Notes under the pieces: model-generated | Told to the model about the DNA's origin: nothing | The model's database searches: none | The model's input: the letters and a program-made list of their open reading frames with translations, nothing else | Assembly (NCBI GenBank): GCA_964512485.1 | Contig: CAZEHJ010000004.1 | Coordinates: forward strand, 3,400-67,399 | DNA from: an uncultured Rhodothermales bacterium | GTDB taxonomy: Bacteria; Bacteroidota; Rhodothermia; Rhodothermales; UBA10348 | Length of the DNA: 64,000 nt | Direction of reading: 5' to 3' | Position numbers and translations under genes: made by a program | Part shown: positions 38,901-47,901 of the stretch, piece after piece | Layout of the letters: every line of letters starts with the position of its first letter | Numbering within the stretch: position 1 is the first letter of the stretch

Positions 38901-39385
38901 AGCAACTGTTGAATGATATGCAGGGCTCCAGGCTGACTCAGGACATGATGGACCGTCTACGTCAGATGGGAAGCCAGCAGGAACAGATCAGAAATGACTT
39001 GCGGCAGATGAGTCGCAACAGAGACACCAAAAACAAGGTGCTTGGTGATCTCAACCGAATTGCGGACCAGATGATGGAGTCCATTCAGGAATTGCAACAG
39101 AATCGAGTATCCCGTCGAACTGTTCAGCGCCAGCAGCAAATTCTCACGCGGCTCCTCGAGGCTTCTCGTTCGATGGAGCAAAGAGGCAAGGACAAAAAGC
39201 GGGAAGGGAAATCGGCTGAGGAAATTCTACGCGAAAGCCCTGCATCTCTCACTCCTTCTGAACAACTCGAGAGGCTTCGTCGAGATCTGATTCGCGCCCT
39301 GGAGACTGGGTATTCAACGGATTATGAGACCCTGATACGTAGGTATTTCGAATTACTGCAGTCCCAGTCTGATTCCCGCCCTTGA
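35945..39385 (+). CDS. DUF4175 family membrane-anchored protein with long coiled coil
   Basis: N-terminal TM helices, Ig-like middle region (P..TRIP..G.V..L.GT, Y..EVWDND..G.K), E/Q/M-rich coiled coil, RLLEAS.S..QR..D.KR, Y..LIRRYF.LL. Confidence 0.82.
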   Translation: MSSSTQQLVILLRQKLIAARNKLLRVDLVAGLMLCVGTVLGIWFLFVSLEYFFWFSPLVKWIGIATLSLVLAYLLLRFVVRPYLMHLNILSGRDETTVAREIGRAYPQVGDRLLNLMQLADGHHSFSPEPFVDHAVQRLGEPMREMSFSDITSWDGPKRISQLVALPVVLLVAFVIAAPGPFFSASGRIVSPSTVFERPAPYSIAVNPGNAELIIGEDLEVGVSITGDAPAEPPVLETILAGELRSRFVNLAPDSASGLVHRYENVRQAFRYRVASESLNSEWFEVVLVERPLVQQLNLRLAFPAYTRIPAQSLDSNVGDVAVLTGTRVSVNVAVSGTQASLAWMQFESGRRVDLEVDGTIASAIFEVRSDDVYRIMLESPEGIQNLSPINYSVESLPDTHPSATLLAPESLVDLNENLQVSMLTHITDDFGFDRLILNYRLSESRFGQISETFTEHPIALASPFQLDQDVPFDWAVSASTDLDPVPGDIIDYYVEVWDNDAVSGRKSAQTRIYQLRMPSLAEQYESLDSKEDDTQKSLEDLLDEAERAREQFDELKEELLENPEADFHEERLLEQLQEQQDNLENSVDTIADQMQEIADQMENNDLVSEETLSAFEELQEVVDEVRTPELMDALEQLQNALENMDLNEMQDALEKFEFSEDMYQERLDRTLDLFKKFRVDQDLEEIENRAEDLAETEDKLAEETAKLENEQREEADGDNEQPGERNEELAQQQEMAAEDMKALEEKMEEVRERMEELDNMPSEQMQDLMEDTQDQEMAEQMQQNAEELRENSLQEAGQQQQEMSQQLNQLSSQMNEMQMGMQGAQMQLNIAAIRAALEDILTLSDQQETLRRDVLSLASDSPLLRTSAQRQVDLTEGLSVLSDTLQSIAREIPQMTRDVQQRAGDSMREMGDATAALTERAARRAAGHQRGAMTNLNELALMLSELLDQQMNGSGSGQSNQSMEQMMEQLQQMGQQQQQLNQQVQQLLNDMQGSRLTQDMMDRLRQMGSQQEQIRNDLRQMSRNRDTKNKVLGDLNRIADQMMESIQELQQNRVSRRTVQRQQQILTRLLEASRSMEQRGKDKKREGKSAEEILRESPASLTPSEQLERLRRDLIRALETGYSTDYETLIRRYFELLQSQSDSRP

Positions 39386-39437
39386 TTTGTCAGGCGGAAA
39401 GGCTGCTCTGATTGGTGGATTGCCGCACACATCGCGC

Positions 39438-39839
39438 CTATATGAAGCGATCCCTGATTTCTGGTGTCGGAATCCGGCAGGAATCCATTTTGCCGAACCA
39501 ATCGTAGCGATTGCTGGCAAACCATCGGTAGATGCCATCCCTTATGGATAGGGGAACGAATCGGAACCAATACAGAACGGGCCACAGCCCTTTCAAATGT
39601 CTCGCGATTCTCAAAACAGCATCTGAATTCGCGTGAACTGTGTCACCGTCGACCAGAACGATTGAATCCAGGTATTCTGGGGGAAGGTCGTGTTTGCTCA
39701 GAATTTCTCTGGCTTCATCAGATTGAAGCGCCCCAAACTTGAAATAACCCTCTGGATCCCGGTCCAGAACGTAATTGACGCCGGAATTGCAAAAATTGCA
39801 GACTCCGTCGAACAGTATGATGGCTGGCTTGATTGCCAT
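39438..39839 (-). CDS. Thiol-disulfide oxidoreductase DCC family (DUF393) protein
   Basis: ILFDGVCNFC, F.ALQS, DSIVL, RDGIYRWFA.NRY.WFG. Confidence 0.93.
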   Translation of the reverse strand: MAIKPAIILFDGVCNFCNSGVNYVLDRDPEGYFKFGALQSDEAREILSKHDLPPEYLDSIVLVDGDTVHANSDAVLRIARHLKGLWPVLYWFRFVPLSIRDGIYRWFASNRYDWFGKMDSCRIPTPEIRDRFI

Positions 39840-40162
39840 TGCTCCCTTCTCACGTTTCTTGTTCTGTTGCTTCTACGTTGACTTCGTTTCAAAAGCTTCC
39901 TTTTGAGCCCACGTTAGCAGAAGATTCGAATTAGAATGGTTGTCTTCAACGTAGTCTTGAAAAAACAGTCACATATTGGTAAATTATAGGTTCTGTGTGT
40001 TGCGGAAAGTGCCTTAAAACGCCGTAAACCGTGACTCCAGCACCACCGGACCGGGAAAAGGAGGTGCTCACACGATTCTGGCTCTTGCGAGCGTGAAAAA
40101 GTCGTCCCTCTCCATTTCCCCACCGACTCAAGTACACGCCCGAATAAAAACGTGACTCAGGA

Positions 40163-40936
40163 ATGGCCAACGCGATGAGGATTCTGTTTATATCAGGAGA
40201 AGTAGCCCCGTTTTCAGACAACTCGGAAGTTGCTCAGATTGTGAGAACACTTCCGGAAGCTCTCCATGAATCTGGCAGGTTTGAGACCAGAATCATGATG
40301 CCCAGGTATGGTACCGTCAGCGAACGAAGAAATCGTCTGCATGAGGTAATTCGACTGTCTGGCAGTGAAATCACCCTCGGTGATCGCACCGAGACTCTAA
40401 GAGTTAAAGTAGCCTCGATTCCGGGCATTCGCCTTCAGGTCTACTTCATGGACAATGATTTCTATTTCAAGCGAAAAGGAATCTATGCCGATAAACAGGG
40501 AGTCCTGTTTGAAGACAATCTTGAACGTTCGGCGTTTTACGCAAGAAGCGTGATCAGAACCATCCGTAATCTGGGATGGCAGCCAGATCTTGTTCATGCC
40601 TTCGGGTGGCTCAGTGGTCTCGTCCCGTATGTACTGCGCACGGAATTTGCGGATGATGAGCTATTCCGTGACTCTAAAATTGTCTATACACCTGATACGG
40701 TGGATTTCGAAGCACGATTCAACAAGAAAAGTTTCGATTCCCTCAGTATGGCACCCCATGACGACCTGATGGGTCAGCAGCCGTCTGAATCCGGAGTCAG
40801 TTTTGCTGATGCCACCATATATCCTCCGTCGATGGCTGAAACAGCCGATGGCCCTGCTTTCAGCGGGAATTCAGAGACGGAAATGGACGAAGCGGTTGCC
40901 GTTTACGAAAGCATTCTGAGTGGAGTGCTGGCGTAA
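40163..40936 (+). CDS. Glycogen/starch synthase N-terminal-domain-only protein (FCB type)
   Basis: RILFISGEVAPF, IMMPRYG.VSERRNRLHEVIRLSG, LRVKVASIP..RLQVYFMDN.FYFKRK, W.PDLVHA.GW; C-terminal GT domain absent. Confidence 0.85.
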   Translation: MANAMRILFISGEVAPFSDNSEVAQIVRTLPEALHESGRFETRIMMPRYGTVSERRNRLHEVIRLSGSEITLGDRTETLRVKVASIPGIRLQVYFMDNDFYFKRKGIYADKQGVLFEDNLERSAFYARSVIRTIRNLGWQPDLVHAFGWLSGLVPYVLRTEFADDELFRDSKIVYTPDTVDFEARFNKKSFDSLSMAPHDDLMGQQPSESGVSFADATIYPPSMAETADGPAFSGNSETEMDEAVAVYESILSGVLA

Positions 40937-41012
40937 CTGGATATTTGCCCCATTTTGGGGAAACAAGACTAACACGGACGGCATTGTACACGCCCGTCCG
41001 AGGCTTGGGATG

Positions 41013-41050
41013 AAACCCCGGAGGAAACTTCCGGGGTTTTATTTTTTATC
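41013..41050 (+). terminator. Intrinsic terminator after the GlgA-like gene
   Basis: AAACCCCGGAG-GAAA-CTTCCGGGGTTT followed by TATTTTTTAT. Confidence 0.85.
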
Positions 41051-41125
41051 AGGCGTCCCGCATACGATTGCCGCCTCTCCCCTCGTTTGGGTGATGGGCA
41101 AACCTAACACCTCTTTTCAGACAGA

Positions 41126-42298
41126 ATGTCTACCAATTTTCGTCTTCCCCTGAAGCTCACTTCAGTTTTTGTCTCAGCTATTCTTCTCCTCGGTTGTGAT
41201 GACCCGACAGACGTCGGTCGCAGCCTGGTCGACGCTCAAGCTGGTGAGACTTCAGTAACTACATTGAATGCCAGTACACTTGAATCCAACAGCATCGGTG
41301 ATATTACTGGCGGTAACGCAGCTTCCGGAGCTGTTCGAGTTTTGGCTGGAGTCGTTCAGGACCCGGTTGCCGGGCGGATCGAATCAACAGGATTCATGGA
41401 CTTCGTACCGTCGAGCCAGTTCGAATCCACCTTTCTGAACAACACTGTCGATTTTGCGGAGCTCCAACTTTCGATTGATTACGTGTATGGAGACTCAACA
41501 TTGCCCGTGACCTTTGAACTCCTGGCAGTGTCCCACGATTGGACTTCAACGTTCACCAGGGCAGACACAACCATCTTGACGGGAGATCCTATTCTGGTGA
41601 CCACCATCCCTTCAATTGAGGGAAAGCACACTGTAGAGTTTCCTCAGGAGTGGATTGCGTCAAACGATGCGCTACTTCGCAGTTCGACCTTTGTTGATGA
41701 TTTTCACGGCTTCGCTCTTCGACAGGTTTCAGGAAACGCCATATTGGGAGCACGTTTCTCAGAATCGATAATTCGTGCTTCTTCAGCCCCGGGAGACACC
41801 GTTTCATTCTCGCTCTCAAAAGTAATTTCAACCGCTGCAGAACCGGACGCCCCCACTTCTTCAGATCACGTTTTATTGAGAGACGGATCTGCAAAAGGTT
41901 TGGACCTCAGATTTTCGTTTGAGGGAGAGTCATTTCCGGAAGCGATGATCCACAGGGTGCTCATGCGGTTCAACACTATCGATCTTTCCAATCAGTACCC
42001 CGAAACGTTTGCGAGGCCCGAGGTGACGCTGGTGGGGCTGAGAGCTGTTTCTGAGGATGGAGGCTCGAGACTCGATATCGCTGAAGTGATCATCAATGCG
42101 GATGGTTCGTTCGCGTTCGACAACACGTCTCTGACCAACGTAGTCCAGACGGCCAATCTTGGAAAATCTGTACTGGACAGATTTGAGCTATACCTGCCCG
42201 TCACCCAAAGCGGCGTCGGCTATCTGGCTATAGAAAAGGATCTCACTCATAGTGAGAACTACCCCAGAGCGTTAGTGACTCTGACACCCATCAACTGA
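41126..42298 (+). CDS. DUF4270-like lipoprotein
   Basis: Lipobox LLG-C followed by DD; sits after truncated glgA as in the FCB group. Confidence 0.65.
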   Translation: MSTNFRLPLKLTSVFVSAILLLGCDDPTDVGRSLVDAQAGETSVTTLNASTLESNSIGDITGGNAASGAVRVLAGVVQDPVAGRIESTGFMDFVPSSQFESTFLNNTVDFAELQLSIDYVYGDSTLPVTFELLAVSHDWTSTFTRADTTILTGDPILVTTIPSIEGKHTVEFPQEWIASNDALLRSSTFVDDFHGFALRQVSGNAILGARFSESIIRASSAPGDTVSFSLSKVISTAAEPDAPTSSDHVLLRDGSAKGLDLRFSFEGESFPEAMIHRVLMRFNTIDLSNQYPETFARPEVTLVGLRAVSEDGGSRLDIAEVIINADGSFAFDNTSLTNVVQTANLGKSVLDRFELYLPVTQSGVGYLAIEKDLTHSENYPRALVTLTPIN

Positions 42299-42307
42299 GG
42301 CAGAGTC

Positions 42308-43678
42308 ATGAAAAAGAAATCACCATACATGTACGGAACAGGACGAAAGACAGTGCTCTCTCCACGTGACAAGGCAGTTCGAACAGGAAAACCTGGTATT
42401 TTATTGTTCGCTTGCCTGTTCTTATTTCAAGGGCTTTCAGCCCAGGCGCAGAGTCTGAACGATGGGTCTATCTATTCCCGCTTCGGAATTGGAGAACGCC
42501 AGCTATTCAATTCTTCGAAAGCTCAGGCCATGGGTGGTGGCGGATATGCCCTTTCTTCAACGATCTACGCCAATTTCGCAAACCCGGCCAGTTTGAGTGA
42601 CCAGTTCTATACGCGCTTTGCAGGTGGCCTCACCTACGAGACCATATCTGCATCAGCCGATGGATTCGAAACAGGACGTTTGGCATCCGGATCGCTGAGC
42701 GGTATTCAGATAGCCCTCCCCCTCAAGGTCAACAGGACGGGAATCGGTATTTCATTTTCGCCGTACACACGTGTGTCTTATCGAGTCGTCGGTAATTCCG
42801 AGCTCACTTCAGATCCTGAGAATGCAACTTCGACACCTCTTGTCACCCGATTCAACGGGAACGGAGGACTGTACAAACTGAGCATCGCCGCGGGACATCG
42901 TTTGAATTCCAGGTTTTCTTTTGGTCTAAGTACCGATTTACTGTTCGGTATTCTTGAGGAGACGCAGGGAGCGACGTTCAACTCGACACAATTCGTGGAC
43001 AGAACGGTCGAGTCGTCAACCCGCCTGAATGGAATTGCGGCTACATTTGGAGCTCGATGGCTCGTACCGGGATTGAAAAACGGAAGGTCACTCGTAGTGG
43101 GGGCCACCGCAACAATCCCCGCGTCTCTGTCCGGAGAACGAGCGCTGGCATTGACTACCGCGGTCGGTCGGGACACGCTCGGCACAACTACAAAAGGCGA
43201 CATGGATCTCCCGCTGAGCGTTGGCGTCGGTTTCGCTTTTCAGCCAAATCCTCGATGGTCCCTAATTGCAGACGTGACGTATGAGGGGTGGTCTTCTTTC
43301 AAAAGTGATTTCAGCCTTCCTGGATATGATTCTTCAGGATCGACGTTCGATGATCGAATTCGAATATCTGCCGGTGCTGAATATTGGCCGGCAGCGGGAC
43401 GCAATTTCGCGACCTACGGATCTCGAATTGCATATCGATTTGGTGTGTATTCAGATAAGTCCTACGTCTCTCCAGTAACCTCCGAGTCAATCAATTCCGT
43501 GGGTATGACGACCGGTCTGAGTCTTCCGTCGCTCATTCCTGGCACGACAATTGATTTTAATTTTGACGTAGGACGAAGAGGAACTACCTCTAATGGCCTC
43601 GTGAGGGATCGATACGTACGTTTCGGCCTCAACATAAATTTTGGTGAACGTTGGTTCGATCGCTTGCCTCGTAGCTAG
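42308..43678 (+). CDS. Outer-membrane beta-barrel protein (FadL/PorV-like)
   Basis: Signal peptide; SIYSRFGIG..AMGG....NPASL plug motif; beta-strands; terminal L.INFGERWF. Confidence 0.75.
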   Translation: MKKKSPYMYGTGRKTVLSPRDKAVRTGKPGILLFACLFLFQGLSAQAQSLNDGSIYSRFGIGERQLFNSSKAQAMGGGGYALSSTIYANFANPASLSDQFYTRFAGGLTYETISASADGFETGRLASGSLSGIQIALPLKVNRTGIGISFSPYTRVSYRVVGNSELTSDPENATSTPLVTRFNGNGGLYKLSIAAGHRLNSRFSFGLSTDLLFGILEETQGATFNSTQFVDRTVESSTRLNGIAATFGARWLVPGLKNGRSLVVGATATIPASLSGERALALTTAVGRDTLGTTTKGDMDLPLSVGVGFAFQPNPRWSLIADVTYEGWSSFKSDFSLPGYDSSGSTFDDRIRISAGAEYWPAAGRNFATYGSRIAYRFGVYSDKSYVSPVTSESINSVGMTTGLSLPSLIPGTTIDFNFDVGRRGTTSNGLVRDRYVRFGLNINFGERWFDRLPRS

Positions 43679-43744
43679 TCCAAGCCTGATCTTGTAAGGC
43701 TACGCTCAGAACGAATCGACCCTATCGAAACAGAGACAGGTACC

Positions 43745-45070
43745 ATGCTCTTCAGCACTATCAAATCCAAGGCTTCAAGCTCGATTATGGCCATTTTACT
43801 GGCGATAATAGGCTTTTCTATTGGTGCCGCCCCGGCAGTTGCACAGTCCGAATGCAACGAGGACGACGTCAGGATGAATTACAGCCTGTATTACGAAGAC
43901 TATAAAATTGAAAGCTGGGACACTTCTCTGCCGTATCTGCAGTGGATTCTGAAGTGCGCTCCCGGCTTTCCATCGAACAACGATAGGAATTATCGTCGCC
44001 TTGTAGAGGTTTACGAGGGCATAGCTCTCAATTCTGAGGATGCAGCCGTCCAGCGAACCTATTTGGACTCTGCACTCTACATACATGACATGGCACCGTC
44101 CGTTTTAGAGGACGCTGGCATTGAGGCCGACAGATACCAATGGTTGTTCAACAAGGGGCGTTTTATCCAGAAACACAGCGTCGCGCTTGAAGACCGACAG
44201 ACAGATGTGGGAGCGATTTACCACGAGGCATACAATATTGACTCGTCGAAAATGCAGAACTACTACATCAACTACATCATCATCGACAAGGTGTCCAAAG
44301 ATCGAAAAGGCGAAGCTGTCGATTTTATGGATCAGGTTGAACAGGATTTTGCAGATAATGCAGAAGTGATGACCACCATCGAAACCTGGAGAGGCCAGCT
44401 ATTCACTTCTCCAGAAGAAAGAATCGGATTTCTTGTATCCCAGATCGAAAAAAATCCGGAAGATGGGGAATTGAAAGCTGAACTACTCGAACTCTACATG
44501 GATGAAGGTATTCGTGACCTCGCCTATGAACTGGCAGATGAGATCATGAACAGCTCCCCCACCGCACGCTTATTCAGGACCGTCGGTAAAATGAGGCTCG
44601 ACGACGGTGATACGGACGATGCCATTCGCCTGTACGAAGAGTCCCTGACAATGGACGGAGGCATGGATGCCGCTCGTGAGGTCTATTTCAATATTGGAAT
44701 CGCACACCAGCAGGAAAATCGACTTGCAACAGCGCGCTCGCAGTTCCGCAGAGCGCTGGAGGCCGATCCTACCTATGTACAGGCACTGATCGCGATTGGT
44801 GACCTCTACGTCACTGCAGTTCAGGGATGTGGTTCTTTTGAGCGTGAAGACCGGGCAGTGTACTGGTTGGCTGCGGATTACTTCGATCGGGCAGCATCCC
44901 GTGCTGATACGGACACATACCGCAATCAGGCTCGGCAACGGACTTCGAGCATCCGCCGCTTCTTCCCGACTGCCGAAGACAAGTTCTTCAAGAACTGGAA
45001 TCCTGGTGATCGTCACGCGATCGATTACGGTTGCTACACCTGGATCGGCGAAACGACTTCGGTCCGCTAG
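43745..45070 (+). CDS. Exported tetratricopeptide-repeat protein
   Basis: Signal peptide; NYSLYYE; TPR motifs; AVYWLAADYF.RA; FF. Confidence 0.8.
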   Translation: MLFSTIKSKASSSIMAILLAIIGFSIGAAPAVAQSECNEDDVRMNYSLYYEDYKIESWDTSLPYLQWILKCAPGFPSNNDRNYRRLVEVYEGIALNSEDAAVQRTYLDSALYIHDMAPSVLEDAGIEADRYQWLFNKGRFIQKHSVALEDRQTDVGAIYHEAYNIDSSKMQNYYINYIIIDKVSKDRKGEAVDFMDQVEQDFADNAEVMTTIETWRGQLFTSPEERIGFLVSQIEKNPEDGELKAELLELYMDEGIRDLAYELADEIMNSSPTARLFRTVGKMRLDDGDTDDAIRLYEESLTMDGGMDAAREVYFNIGIAHQQENRLATARSQFRRALEADPTYVQALIAIGDLYVTAVQGCGSFEREDRAVYWLAADYFDRAASRADTDTYRNQARQRTSSIRRFFPTAEDKFFKNWNPGDRHAIDYGCYTWIGETTSVR

Positions 45071-45260
45071 ATCCTGCAAGACGGTATCGACTTCGAGAGG
45101 GTTTGATGAGCAATCATCGAACCCTCTCTCTTTTTCAGGCTTTCTTCCTCCACTGCGCGAATAGATGGCGAAAAGGCCGGGGTTTCTTTGTCATTCGCCC
45201 TCAGGGTTGCGAATTTGCGGCCTGACACCTTGTTCACGATTGTTCTAATCAACGCACTAG

Positions 45261-46550
<1,290 letters not shown>

Positions 46551-46599
46551 TACCTTCCAGAGGACTCCCGGAATTATCCAACTGCATTTCCTCCGATAA

Positions 46600-46905
46600 A
46601 TGTCGGTCAGCAGCAGAATATCAGACTTCCTCCTTCGATTCAAAGTCGTCGCGGCTGTTCTGTTCGTGTCGCTGGTACTCATGTGGCTTCTCTTTTTCGA
46701 CAGCCACAGCATCGTTTCACGCGTACAGCTTCACAATGAACGTTCTGAGCTTGAGGTCGATAATGAAGAATTGCGTGCCAAAATAAAACAGCTGGAGGAT
46801 CAGCTCTCCAGGCCACTGACTCCAGAGGAAGTGGAGAAACTGAGCCGCGAAGAACTTGGAATGAGCAAAGATGGAGAAACCGTCTATCCGCTTGTCGAAA
46901 AATAG
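46600..46905 (+). CDS. ftsB: Septum formation initiator FtsB/DivIC family protein
   Basis: Single TM helix, coiled coil, EKLSREELGMSKDGETVY; follows eno as in the conserved eno-ftsB arrangement. Confidence 0.85.
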   Translation: MSVSSRISDFLLRFKVVAAVLFVSLVLMWLLFFDSHSIVSRVQLHNERSELEVDNEELRAKIKQLEDQLSRPLTPEEVEKLSREELGMSKDGETVYPLVEK

Positions 46906-46911
46906 CACCAT

Positions 46912-47901
46912 ATGAGTAACGACAATCGTACGGCGATCGGGATCGACCTCGGAGGCACCTCCATCAAGGCGGCTCTCTTGTCCGAGAAAGAAGGGCTCCT
47001 GGACGAGGCAATAGTCCCGACCGGAGCTGAAAAAGGCTCTGACGTCGTTCTGGAGCAGCTGGCGGGCCTTGTCAAAGGCTTCCTGGATACTCATTCGGAT
47101 GTTGTCGGGGTTGGTGTCGGATTTCCGGGAGCGGTCAACTGGGAACGCACTATTGCGTCACATCCTGTAAATATTTCCGGCTGGGGGAATGTAAACGTGG
47201 GCAACGCCATCAATGAGCGTTTGGGCACGGATCTGAAGGTGGTAATCGAAAACGACGCCAACGCTGCCGCTCTGGGGTCAGCCCGATTCGGTGCAGGCCG
47301 TGATTTTGACTCATTCATCATGATTACGCTCGGTACGGGTGTCGGTGGCGCGATCATCTACCAGAACAGGATTTTCCGTGGCTCTACTGGCGCAGCTGGC
47401 GAAATCGGACACGTCACCATTGATTACGATGGCCCTATGGCTCGCAGCAGCGTTCCTGGGGCAATAGAGGCGTATCTCGGACAACGATTTCTCTCTCGTC
47501 ATGCACGGTATCAATTGATGAACCGGCCGGAGAGCATGATCCACCAAATGGCAGAGAACGATCTCCACGGTATCACACCGAAGATGCTGCACGATGCTGC
47601 TCTCGCCGGAGACGAAGGCTCAATTGAAATCCTTGCCTGGGCCGGTCATAAACTCGGATGTGCCCTCGGCTCTACGGTCAATATCCTGGATATCAGAAAA
47701 TTCGTCATAGGAGGTGGTCTTTCTGCCGCAGGTGACTTCATCCTGTCGTCCGCCCGATCTGCACTCCACGATTTTGTAACGCCTGCTCTCAGGCCGGGTC
47801 TGGAAGTGGTACAAGAAACCCTCGGAAATGAAGTCGGTATGTTGGGTGCAGGTCGCCTGGTCTTTCAGCATATTGACCAATACGGTTCTGAAACTGATTA
47901 A
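46912..47901 (+). CDS. ROK family sugar kinase (glucokinase-like)
   Basis: GIDLGGT, ENDANAAALG, TLGTGVGG, GAAGEIGH. Confidence 0.93.
   Translation: MSNDNRTAIGIDLGGTSIKAALLSEKEGLLDEAIVPTGAEKGSDVVLEQLAGLVKGFLDTHSDVVGVGVGFPGAVNWERTIASHPVNISGWGNVNVGNAINERLGTDLKVVIENDANAAALGSARFGAGRDFDSFIMITLGTGVGGAIIYQNRIFRGSTGAAGEIGHVTIDYDGPMARSSVPGAIEAYLGQRFLSRHARYQLMNRPESMIHQMAENDLHGITPKMLHDAALAGDEGSIEILAWAGHKLGCALGSTVNILDIRKFVIGGGLSAAGDFILSSARSALHDFVTPALRPGLEVVQETLGNEVGMLGAGRLVFQHIDQYGSETD

Noticed and set aside
37500-39200. Repetitive CAG/GAA-rich sequence in the DUF4175 gene as a tandem repeat or CRISPR-like array
   Set aside because: It reflects Q/E/M-rich coiled-coil coding; there are no constant-length repeats with unique spacers.
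39960-40162. Possible ncRNA (AGCACC/GGTGCT hairpin at 40039-40068, CGTGACTC repeated at 40030 and 40151, SRP-like look)
   Set aside because: Lacks the SRP CAGG..AGCAG core; the stem is short and one 8-mer repeat is within chance expectation.
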